From NCBI GenBank assembly GCA_963720545.1, contig OY970399.1, positions 352,001 through 416,000 of the forward strand: DNA of 64,000 bases. The letters are read 5' to 3'. This document shows positions 42,147 through 50,282 of this stretch, in pieces. The position numbers and the translations under genes were made by a program. Source of the DNA: an uncultured Acidobacteriota bacterium. GTDB lineage: Bacteria; Acidobacteriota; Vicinamibacteria; Fen-336. The first letter of the stretch is position 1, and the number at the start of each line of letters is the position of its first letter. Below the pieces are notes generated by a model that saw only the letters and a list, made by a program, of their open reading frames with translations, made no database searches and had not been told where the DNA came from.

Positions 42147-43397
42147 CTAGAACGGCTTCTCCGCCGCGAGGTGCTCCGCCGGCTCGGCGGCGCCGCCGCG
42201 CTGCGCCTCGGCGAGCCGCTGGTACGGCACCAGCAGCAGCGCGAGCAGCGCCATCGGCACGAGCGGGAAGTAGTACGCGTCGTGGGTGTTGAACTGGCGC
42301 GAGATGAAGCCGACGATCAGCGAGCCGGTGGTGCCGCCGAGCGCCGAGAACACGATGATGAGGCCGGCCATCGCCGCGTGCCGCGGCTTCTGCAGCCGGC
42401 TCAGGACGATCGACACGATGGTCGGGTAGATCGGCCCGATGAAGAAACCGATGCAGGAGAACACCACGGCGAGCGCCGGCACCGACACCTGGCCGGCGGC
42501 GGGTGCCGCGGCGCGGGTCGCGAGCAGTACCCCGCCGAGTAGCGCCATGCCCGAGACGAGCAGCGTGCACTGCACCGGGAGCCACGACAGGCGCCGCGCG
42601 AGATAGCCGTTCACGAAGCGGCTGAGCGCGATGGAACCGGCGTAGAGGCTGAGGAGGCCGGCGGCGGCGGCGGGCGCCAGGCCGAAGACGCGCTCGTGGA
42701 AGGTGGGCAGCCAGGTGCCGACGCTCTGCTCGATCATCACATAGAGCCAGGCGCACAGCACGAACACCCACACCATCGGCAGCGACAGCAGGCGCAGCAT
42801 CTCGACGAATCCGGCCTGCTCGGGATGCGAGCCGACCTCGCTCTCGTCGAGCTGCGTCGTCAGGAGCAGCAGGAATGCGCAGACCGCCAGGGCGGCAATG
42901 CCCCAGTAGGTCACGCGCCAGTTGGCGCCGCTCGCGAGCGCGTAGGAGAAGCACAGCGGCCCGGCGAGGGCGCCCACCTGGAAGATGCCCTCGAGGATGT
43001 TCATCAGGCTCGTGTGTTCCTTCTGCCCGTTCGTGATGAGCCCGACGGTCGCGTAGACGGCGCCCTTCATCATCGCGAAGCTCACGCCGATCGTCATGTA
43101 GAGGGCCGGCACCACCCAGAAGGCGGGCACCGTTGCGACCATGACGCTCGCGGCCGCCACCGCCAGGAGGCCGCCGAGCATCGAGCGGCGGTAGCCGAGG
43201 CGCGGCAGGTACGAGGCGAACAGGAAGGACGCGCCCGCGATCGACAGGTCCTTGAAGGCTTCGAGGCTCGAGGCCACGGCTTCGGAGACGGCGTAGTCGT
43301 CGATGACGCGCTTGATGACGATGCCGACGGTGTTGAGCAGCACCGCGAACACCACGAAGTTGAGCGCGATCGAGGCGCGCACCCGCCAGTTCGCCAA
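42147..43397 (-). CDS. MFS sugar transporter (FucP/GluP-like)
   Basis: About 12 TM helices, LEAFKDLSIA, YVMIEQ, GPIYPT. Confidence 0.85.
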   Translation of the reverse strand: MANWRVRASIALNFVVFAVLLNTVGIVIKRVIDDYAVSEAVASSLEAFKDLSIAGASFLFASYLPRLGYRRSMLGGLLAVAAASVMVATVPAFWVVPALYMTIGVSFAMMKGAVYATVGLITNGQKEHTSLMNILEGIFQVGALAGPLCFSYALASGANWRVTYWGIAALAVCAFLLLLTTQLDESEVGSHPEQAGFVEMLRLLSLPMVWVFVLCAWLYVMIEQSVGTWLPTFHERVFGLAPAAAAGLLSLYAGSIALSRFVNGYLARRLSWLPVQCTLLVSGMALLGGVLLATRAAAPAAGQVSVPALAVVFSCIGFFIGPIYPTIVSIVLSRLQKPRHAAMAGLIIVFSALGGTTGSLIVGFISRQFNTHDAYYFPLVPMALLALLLVPYQRLAEAQRGGAAEPAEHLAAEKPF

Positions 43398-43400
43398 GAG

Positions 43401-45146
43401 CTACTCCCCTTTCGCGGCGGCGCGTCCCTCGCCTTCGACCAGGGTGACGACGCGGTTCGCCGCTTGCGGGCCGAATTCTTCCACGAGTCCGCTCGGCCAA
43501 CGCACCTCGACCCGATCCGCCTGCTTCGCGTCGCCCAGGCCGTAGTGCAGCCGGAAGTCGTTCACGGAGTAGTAGCTCGACTGGCTGAGCAGCGCCTGCG
43601 CCTGGCTGCGGCCGCCAGCGGTAACGATGAGAGTGGCGCCGAGCGCGGAGCGGTTCGAACGCGTGCCGCGCAGGCGGAACGCAAGCCACGCGCGTGCCGG
43701 CGCCAGGTCGTTGCGCAGCAGCGACGGCGGCTCGTTCATGTTCATGACCAGCACGTCCACGTCGCCGTCGTTGTCGTAGTCGCCGAAGGCGGCGCCGCGG
43801 CTCGAGTGCGCCGCCGTCGCGCCGGGACCGCTCAGCGCGCTGACGTCACGAAAGGTGCCGCCGCCGAGGTTCGCGAACACGATGCGCGGGCTGCGGTGCG
43901 GATATTGCGGCAGGTGCTGCTCGATCTCCGGATAGACGTTGCCGGTGACATAGAAGATGTCGGGCAGCCCGTCGTTGTCGAGGTCGGGCAGGCCGCCTCC
44001 CCATTCGACGTAGCGGTTCTGCGCCGCAAGACCGGAGACGCTCGCCACGTCCTCGAACAGGCCGCCGCCGGCGTTGCGGTAGAGCGCGGGGATGTCGTCG
44101 GCGAAGTGCATCTTCAATATGTCGAGCCGGGAGTCCGCGTCGTAGTCGCCGACCGCGAGGCCCATGCCGGCCTGCGCGTTGCCGTACTCGCTGAACGCCG
44201 CGCCGCTCGCGATGGCGCGGTCGGTGAAGGTGCCGTCGCGGTTGTTGCGATAGAGGATGGCGGCGGTGGTGTCGCAGGCGACGTAGAGGTCCACCCAGCC
44301 GTCGCCGTCGAAGTCGGCGGCCGCAACGGTCATCGCGTAGCGCTCCTTCGCCGCCGCGATGCCCGACCGCTCGGAGACGTCTCGAAAGGTGCCGTCCGGC
44401 TCCTGATGGAACAGCTGTTGCGTCTCGAACGGCAGGCCCTTCGGTCCGCAATTGACGGCAATGCCTTTCCACAGGCAGTTCGCCCCGTGGCCCTTTTCGG
44501 CGGCGGTTGCGAGGTCGAACTTCAGGTAGTTCGAGACGAACAGGTCGAGGCGGCCGTCGCGGTCGTAGTCGATGAAGCTGCAGCCACTGCCCCAGCGGGT
44601 TGCGTTCGACGCGAGGCCGCTCTGCGCGGTCGCGTCGGTGAAGCTGCCGGCGCCGGCATTGCGGAACAGACGGTTCTGGCCGTACGCCGTGAGGTACAGG
44701 TCGGTGCGGCCGTCGTTGTCGTAGTCGCCGGCGCAGGCGCTCGACGCCCAGCCAGACGTGCCCAGCCCGGAACGCGCGGTGATGTCCTCGAAGCGGCCGC
44801 TGCCGCGGTTGCGATAGAGGCGCGTCACCGGCGCGTCGGCGGCGCTCCACGAGGCGAGCGCGCGCGTGCCCGGCTGGAGGCGCGCGCCGTTCATCACCAG
44901 CGCGTCGATGAAGCCGTCGTCGTCGACGTCGAGCCAGGCGACGCCCGTGCCATTCGTCTCGATGATGAAGCGCTTCTCGGTTTCGCCGCCGTAGATCACC
45001 GGCCGCGTGAAGCCCGCGGCCTGCGCCACGTCCACGAAACGCACGAGCCAGCCCGGCGCGGCGTCGGCGCGGGCGGCGGAGCGGGCGCCGGCGGCTGCCA
45101 GCAGCGCGGCGCCGGCGAGGACGAACACCGGCCTCACTGGCGTCAC
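43401..45146 (-). CDS. CRTAC1-family FG-GAP/ASPIC-UnbV protein
   Basis: Signal peptide, DYDNDG repeats, CLWKGIAVNCGPKGL, SNRSALGA, HYGLG, WPSG. Confidence 0.9.
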   Translation of the reverse strand: MTPVRPVFVLAGAALLAAAGARSAARADAAPGWLVRFVDVAQAAGFTRPVIYGGETEKRFIIETNGTGVAWLDVDDDGFIDALVMNGARLQPGTRALASWSAADAPVTRLYRNRGSGRFEDITARSGLGTSGWASSACAGDYDNDGRTDLYLTAYGQNRLFRNAGAGSFTDATAQSGLASNATRWGSGCSFIDYDRDGRLDLFVSNYLKFDLATAAEKGHGANCLWKGIAVNCGPKGLPFETQQLFHQEPDGTFRDVSERSGIAAAKERYAMTVAAADFDGDGWVDLYVACDTTAAILYRNNRDGTFTDRAIASGAAFSEYGNAQAGMGLAVGDYDADSRLDILKMHFADDIPALYRNAGGGLFEDVASVSGLAAQNRYVEWGGGLPDLDNDGLPDIFYVTGNVYPEIEQHLPQYPHRSPRIVFANLGGGTFRDVSALSGPGATAAHSSRGAAFGDYDNDGDVDVLVMNMNEPPSLLRNDLAPARAWLAFRLRGTRSNRSALGATLIVTAGGRSQAQALLSQSSYYSVNDFRLHYGLGDAKQADRVEVRWPSGLVEEFGPQAANRVVTLVEGEGRAAAKGE

Positions 45147-46135
45147 TGGCGGTTCCCCGGTTCGGGCAACGCGCTCGCGGCGGCGAACTCGCGCGCCGCC
45201 TCGTCTTCCCTGCCGAGCCGCTGCAGCGCCTGCGCCAGCAGGTAGTGCGCCGCGCGGTTGTTCGGGTCGAGCCCGGTCGCCTTGCGCAGGTTGCCTTCCG
45301 CGGCGGCCAGGTCGCCGGTGCGCAGGTACGCGCGGCCGAGCAGGATGTAGGGGCCGCTGTAGTCCGGGTTGATCCAGGTGGAGCGCAGCAGCACCGCAAG
45401 CGCCTCCTTCGTCCTGCCCTGTCGCAGGTGCGCGTCGCCCAGCCGGTCCATCGCGAGCGCGTTTGCGGGGTTGAGGGCGAGTTCCTGCTGTAGCAGCGTC
45501 ACCGCTTCGTCGAGGCGGCCGCGGAAGAGAGCGGACTGCCCCAGCAGGAAGTGCGCCTGCGGCAGCTTCGGGTCGAGCTGCACCGCGCGCTTCAGTTCGG
45601 CGTCGCCCGCGTCCTCGAAGCCGGCGCGGATCATCATTTGCGCGGTGACGAGCGACGCGGCGGCGGAATCGGCAGCGACCCCGAATGCCTTCGCCCAGGC
45701 GCCGCGCGCTTTGCTGGAGTCGTTCGCCTGCACGTAGGCGATGCCGAGCGCGTAGGCAGTGTCGGTGCTTTGCGGAAACGCGCGCTGCGTCTCCTCGAGA
45801 TACGGGATCGCCTCGCCGATGCGACCGCTGACGTAGAGCGCGAGGCCGAGCACCTGCACGGCCTCGGGGCGCTCGCTTGCCGAAGGTCCGAGTGCCGCGA
45901 CCGCCGGGCGCAGCACCTCGATTGCCGCGCGCGGGTCGTCCGCATGGAAGAGGGCGATGCCGAGGAGCACCTGCGCCGCGGGATCGGTGCCGCCTTGCGC
46001 GCGCAACAGCGCGACGGCCTCCTTCGCGTGTCCTGCGTCGATCAGGGCGCGCGCGTCTTGCGGCTTCGTCTCAGCCTGAACTTGCGCAAGGCCCAGCCCG
46101 CCGGCCACTGCAACCGCGAACAGGAGCATGCTCAT
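45143..46135 (-). CDS. Secreted TPR protein
   Basis: Signal peptide MSMLLFAVAVAGGLGLAQVQA, tandem TPRs. Confidence 0.82.
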   Translation of the reverse strand: MSMLLFAVAVAGGLGLAQVQAETKPQDARALIDAGHAKEAVALLRAQGGTDPAAQVLLGIALFHADDPRAAIEVLRPAVAALGPSASERPEAVQVLGLALYVSGRIGEAIPYLEETQRAFPQSTDTAYALGIAYVQANDSSKARGAWAKAFGVAADSAAASLVTAQMMIRAGFEDAGDAELKRAVQLDPKLPQAHFLLGQSALFRGRLDEAVTLLQQELALNPANALAMDRLGDAHLRQGRTKEALAVLLRSTWINPDYSGPYILLGRAYLRTGDLAAAEGNLRKATGLDPNNRAAHYLLAQALQRLGREDEAAREFAAASALPEPGNRQ

Positions 46136-47825
46136 CGCGGTTTCTGCCCGCTGGCTTCGCCTGCTTGCCTTCAACAAGTTCGATGAAGCGATCGACCTTG
46201 AGGCCGGACCAAGACTCTTCGCCACCCGCCGGCCAGCGCACCGTGACCTTGTCGACCCGTTCCGCCCTGCCGAGGCCGAAGTGCACGCGCAGGTCGTTCT
46301 GCGAGATATAGCTGCCGGCGCCGCGCACTTCCTCCACCAGGCGCAGTTCGCCCGCCGCGAGCGTGACGCGCGCGCCGATGGCGTCCCGGTTCGAGCGCTT
46401 GCCGACGAGCCGCAACGTTATCCAGTGGTTCGACGGGTCGGCACGGAGCCTGTAGAGGTCGGGCGTGTCGTGAACGTTGTTCACCAGCACGTCCACCGAG
46501 CCGTCGTTGTCGAAGTCGCCAAAGGCCGCGCCGCGTGCCGCCTTCGGCTCGGTCATCGCCGCACCGAGCGCTTCGGTGATGTCCTCGAAGCGGCCGTTCT
46601 GCAGGTTGCGGTACACGACCTTGCGCTGCTGGTACGCGGCCTCGGTCGCGAGCTTGTGCACCTCGGGATAGACGTGGCCGTTCGCCAGGAACAAGTCGAG
46701 CCACGAGTCGTTGTCGAGGTCGATGAAGCCGGCGCCCCAGCCGAGCCAGCGGGTATTGCGGCCGAGCCCGGCGGCGAAGGTGCGGTCTTCGCACGAGCCG
46801 CGGCCGGTGTTGCGGTAGAGCGAGGTGGTGTCGCCGGCGAAGTTGGTCTTGACGATGTCCATGGCGCCGTCGTGATCGTAGTCGCCGATGGCGAGGCCCA
46901 TGCCGGCCTGCGGCTTGCCGTCCTGACTGTAACCGCAGCCGGCGGAGACGCCGACGTCTGTGAAGGTGCCGTCGTGGTTGTTGCGGTACAGGGCGCTCGG
47001 GTTGCTGTCGTTGGCGACATAGGCGTCGCTCCAACCGTCGTCGTCGAAGTCGAAGCTGACAGCGCCGAGGCCGTAGGTGCCATTGGCTCTCGTGATGCCG
47101 CTGCGTTCGGAGACGTCCTCGAAGCGCAGCCCGCCGAGGTTGTGGTACAGGATGTTCTTGCCGCCGCGCAGTCCCGGCGGACCGCAAGCCACGGGAATGC
47201 CCTTGTAACGGCACAGGCCACTCTCCGGAGTCGGCGCGGTCTTGAGGTCGAGGTCGATGTAGTTCGCGACGATGAGGTCGAGGCGGCCGTCGCGGTCGTA
47301 GTCGAAAAAGGCGCAGCCGGTGCTCCAGCGGTCGGCCGGGTCGCGCGTGCCCGACGCCGCGCTGATGTCCTCGAACGTGCCGTTGCCCTTGTTGCGATAC
47401 AGGCGGTTGCGGCCGAAGTAGGTCACGAACAGGTCTTCGTAGCCGTCGTTGTCGATGTCGCCCGCGCACACGCCCTGGCCCCAGCCGCTCGCACCCAGGC
47501 CAGAGGCCTGAGTGACGTCGGTGAAGGTGCCGTCGCCGCGATTGCGATAGAGGTGGTTGATCGGCTCTTCGCCCTTCGGGAAGCCCGCGAGCGTCGAGCC
47601 GTTCACCAGGAACACGTCGAGGTTGCCGTCGTTGTCGTAATCGATGAAGCCGGCGCCGCAGCCGGTGGTCTCGAGGAGGTAGCGGTTCTCTTCCTTGCCG
47701 CCGAAAACCGTGACCGCGGCGAGTCCAGCTTCCTTTGCCACGTTCGTGAAGCCGAACTGCAGCGGCGGCGTGGACGCCGCCTGCGCAGCTGCGAGCGTGA
47801 GCGCCGCTGCCGCGAGCAGCTTCAT
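46071..47825 (-). CDS. CRTAC1-family FG-GAP/ASPIC-UnbV protein
   Basis: Signal peptide, LLETTGCG, DYDNDG repeats, CRYKGIPVACGPPGL, SNRDAIGA, HFGLG. Confidence 0.9.
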   Translation of the reverse strand: MKLLAAAALTLAAAQAASTPPLQFGFTNVAKEAGLAAVTVFGGKEENRYLLETTGCGAGFIDYDNDGNLDVFLVNGSTLAGFPKGEEPINHLYRNRGDGTFTDVTQASGLGASGWGQGVCAGDIDNDGYEDLFVTYFGRNRLYRNKGNGTFEDISAASGTRDPADRWSTGCAFFDYDRDGRLDLIVANYIDLDLKTAPTPESGLCRYKGIPVACGPPGLRGGKNILYHNLGGLRFEDVSERSGITRANGTYGLGAVSFDFDDDGWSDAYVANDSNPSALYRNNHDGTFTDVGVSAGCGYSQDGKPQAGMGLAIGDYDHDGAMDIVKTNFAGDTTSLYRNTGRGSCEDRTFAAGLGRNTRWLGWGAGFIDLDNDSWLDLFLANGHVYPEVHKLATEAAYQQRKVVYRNLQNGRFEDITEALGAAMTEPKAARGAAFGDFDNDGSVDVLVNNVHDTPDLYRLRADPSNHWITLRLVGKRSNRDAIGARVTLAAGELRLVEEVRGAGSYISQNDLRVHFGLGRAERVDKVTVRWPAGGEESWSGLKVDRFIELVEGKQAKPAGRNRDEHAPVRGCSGRRAGPCASSG

Positions 47826-49456
47826 GAGGTGCGCCCTTTGCGGCCGTAATAGGGAGCGAGGCGGATGGCCTCGGTGCGCTCCGCGCGCGCGCCCGCGCTG
47901 TCGCCGCGCTTTTCGAGGAGCTCGGCCAGCCGCCAGTGTGCCTCGGCATTGTCGGGCATGAGCTGCAGCGTCTCGCGCAACCCCTCGATGGCGCCGCCGT
48001 CGTCGCCGGCCTTCGCCTTCGCCTCCGCCGCCGCAAACGCGAAGGCGGCCGCCTGCGCGTCGGACTTCTTCTTGTTGAGCTGGTCGGCCACGGCGAACGC
48101 GGCCCGCGCGCCCTCCGCGTCGTCGCGACCCTTCAGGATCTGTCCAAGCAGCAATTGCGCTTCTGCCATCCGCGGCGCGAGACGCACGGCCTCGCGCACT
48201 TCGGAGAGCGCCTCGTCGTTCTCACCTTGCTGCACCAGCACCGTTGCCAGCATCGAGTGCGCCTCGGCGTAGTCGGGACGCACCACGGTGGCGGCGCGGA
48301 ACGACGTCGCCGCTTCCTCGGCGCGTCCCGTCTGCCAGTAGATGACGCCGAGCGTGTACGGCGCGTCGGGCAGCGTCGGGTCGAGGGCTACGGCGCGCTT
48401 CAGTTCGGTTTCGGCCGGGCCGAAGTCATCCTTCTGCTTCAGCGCCATGCCGAGGTTGTAGGCCGCCACCGCGTTCGACGGTGCGCGCTGCGCGAGGTCG
48501 CGGTAGAGGTTGACGGCTGCTTCGAGTTCGCCCTTCTGCAGCAGGGCGGTGCCGAGGTTCACGCGCGCCGTGACATCGTCGTCGTGGTCCTCGAGCCAGG
48601 CTTTCAGCAGCACCATGGCTTCGTCGGCGGCGCCTTTCTCGATGAGCGCGATGCTGAGCGCGCTGGTGATCTCGGCGGAGTCCGGCTGCAGCTCGCGCGC
48701 CGCGCGCAGCTCCTCGACTGCGCCGGTGCGGTCGCCCATCTCCTGGAGCAAGAGCCCGAGCTGCAGCCGCGCGAGGCCGAGCGCCGGGTCGAGCTCGACG
48801 GCGCGGTCCAGCTCGCGCAGAGCGTCGGCCGGATGGCCGAGCTTGCGGTGCACCAGGCCGAGGTAGTAGCGGCTTTCCGCATGCGCGTCGCGCAGGGCTA
48901 CGGCGCGCGCGAGCGGCCCGAGCGCGCCGGCGGAGTCGCCGGTCCACCAGAGCGTGGCGCCGAGGTGGTACTGCGCGTCGAACAGCTTCGCGTCGAGCGC
49001 CACGGCCTCGCGAAACTGCTGCAGCGCCTCGCCGGTACGGCCCTGCTGGCCGCGCACGAAGCCGAGCCGGTCGTGCGCGGGCGCGAACTTCGCATCGAGC
49101 GCGATCGACTTCGCGAATGCGGCCGCCGCTTCGTCGAGGCTGCGGCGCGCCTCGAACACCAGGCCGAGGATGTAGGGCGGCTGCGCATTCCGCGGCTCGA
49201 GCCGGGCCGCCGATTCCAGCTGCTGCTGCGCGTCGTCATAACGGCCGGCCTGGTAGAGCGTGAGGCCCGCGGCTATGGCGTGCTGCGCCGTCTGCGCGCG
49301 TGCGGGTTTGGCGGCGGCGGGCTTGGCGGCGGCAGGCCCGGCAGGCTGCGCCGGCCGCGCGGCCATGGCCTTCGGGGTGCTGCCCGGCGCGAGCGCAACG
49401 GCCAGTGTGGCGAGGGCGAGAGCGGCGCCACGGGCGGGCCGCGGGCGGAGGAACAT
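47822..49456 (-). CDS. Secreted long TPR protein
   Basis: Signal peptide, Pro/Ala linker, more than ten TPRs; ATG at 49456 preferred over the longer ORF-track call. Confidence 0.85.
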   Translation of the reverse strand: MFLRPRPARGAALALATLAVALAPGSTPKAMAARPAQPAGPAAAKPAAAKPARAQTAQHAIAAGLTLYQAGRYDDAQQQLESAARLEPRNAQPPYILGLVFEARRSLDEAAAAFAKSIALDAKFAPAHDRLGFVRGQQGRTGEALQQFREAVALDAKLFDAQYHLGATLWWTGDSAGALGPLARAVALRDAHAESRYYLGLVHRKLGHPADALRELDRAVELDPALGLARLQLGLLLQEMGDRTGAVEELRAARELQPDSAEITSALSIALIEKGAADEAMVLLKAWLEDHDDDVTARVNLGTALLQKGELEAAVNLYRDLAQRAPSNAVAAYNLGMALKQKDDFGPAETELKRAVALDPTLPDAPYTLGVIYWQTGRAEEAATSFRAATVVRPDYAEAHSMLATVLVQQGENDEALSEVREAVRLAPRMAEAQLLLGQILKGRDDAEGARAAFAVADQLNKKKSDAQAAAFAFAAAEAKAKAGDDGGAIEGLRETLQLMPDNAEAHWRLAELLEKRGDSAGARAERTEAIRLAPYYGRKGRTS

Positions 49457-49492
49457 GCTGTTCGATGTTAGTTGAAGTGTTATGTTCGCGCG

Positions 49493-50152
49493 GTGGGATT
49501 GGGGCGCAAGCTGAAGATGGTGGGCCTCGGCATCGCGGCAGTGGCTGCCCTGGGCGCGGCCTCGTTCTACGGCTACATGCAGCTGGTCAAGGCCGGCTAC
49601 ATCAAGTACAACAAGTACGACAAGCGCTCGCGCGGCGAGCTGCAGGTCGGCAGCCAGGTGCCCGACCTCGAGGTCGCGATGTACGACGGCAGCAAGGGAC
49701 GGCTCTCCGACCTGTGGAACCGCCCGGTGATGCTGGTGTTCGGCAGCTGCACCTGACCGCCGTTCCGCAAGAAGATCGTGGATCTTCATCGCATTTACGA
49801 CAAGTACAAGGACCGGGCGGAATTCCTCACCGTCTACATTTCCGAGGCCCACCCGAACGACGAGTGGCAGATGGACTCGAACCGCAAGGAGCAGTTCGTC
49901 TACGACCAGCCGAAGAACTTCGAGGCGCGCCGCGAGCTCGCGAAGGTGTTGGTGGACCGCCTGCAGTACCGCATCCCGGTCGCCATCGACAGCATCGACA
50001 ACCGCGCCGAGTCGCTGTTCGGCGCCTGGCCCGAACGCATCTACGTGCTGGAACCGGGCGGCCGCATCGCCTTCAAGGGAGAAATGGGCCCGTTCGGCTT
50101 CCACCCCGACGAAGGCGAAAAGGCACTGGCAGCTGTCCTCGCCAAACAGTAA
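49493..50152 (+). CDS. Iodothyronine deiodinase-like selenoprotein (Sec at UGA 49754-49756), N-terminal TM anchor
   Basis: ORFs 49472..49756 and 49778..50152 are in the same frame: RPVMLVFGSCT-U-PPF, VYISEAHPNDEW, AWPERIYV, GPFGF; alternative start ATG 49517. Confidence 0.9.
49767..49792 (+). promoter_or_regulatory. Putative bacterial SECIS hairpin
   Basis: GAAGATC(49771-77)-GTG-GATCTTC(49781-87) perfect stem; G-initiated apical loop begins 21 nt after the UGA. Confidence 0.65.
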
Positions 50153-50277
50153 GCCTTCATTTCCTGAGTGTTGACTGAAGGCTGAGTATTGACTGAAGCC
50201 TAGGGGTTGACTGAAGCCACGAGGATTACTCAGTCACTCCTCGGGCAGCAGCCAACGACACGCTGCCCTCGTCGGGC
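50150..50277 (+). repeat. Composite repeat element, copy L: 3 x TTGACTGAAG (18-bp period) plus two hairpins
   Basis: Cores at 50171, 50189, 50207; GGGCAGC-AGCCAACGACAC-GCTGCCC hairpin. Confidence 0.9.
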
Positions 50278-50282
50278 TACCC

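Noticed and set aside
46071..46135. 65-nt overlap between the CRTAC1 and TPR genes as a functional feature
   Set aside because: A single indel would place the stop at the ATGA junction as in neighbouring genes; likely stop drift or error.
49472..50152. Two small genes or a nonsense pseudogene
   Set aside because: The stop falls exactly at the deiodinase Sec position and is followed by a SECIS-like hairpin, so recoding is more parsimonious.
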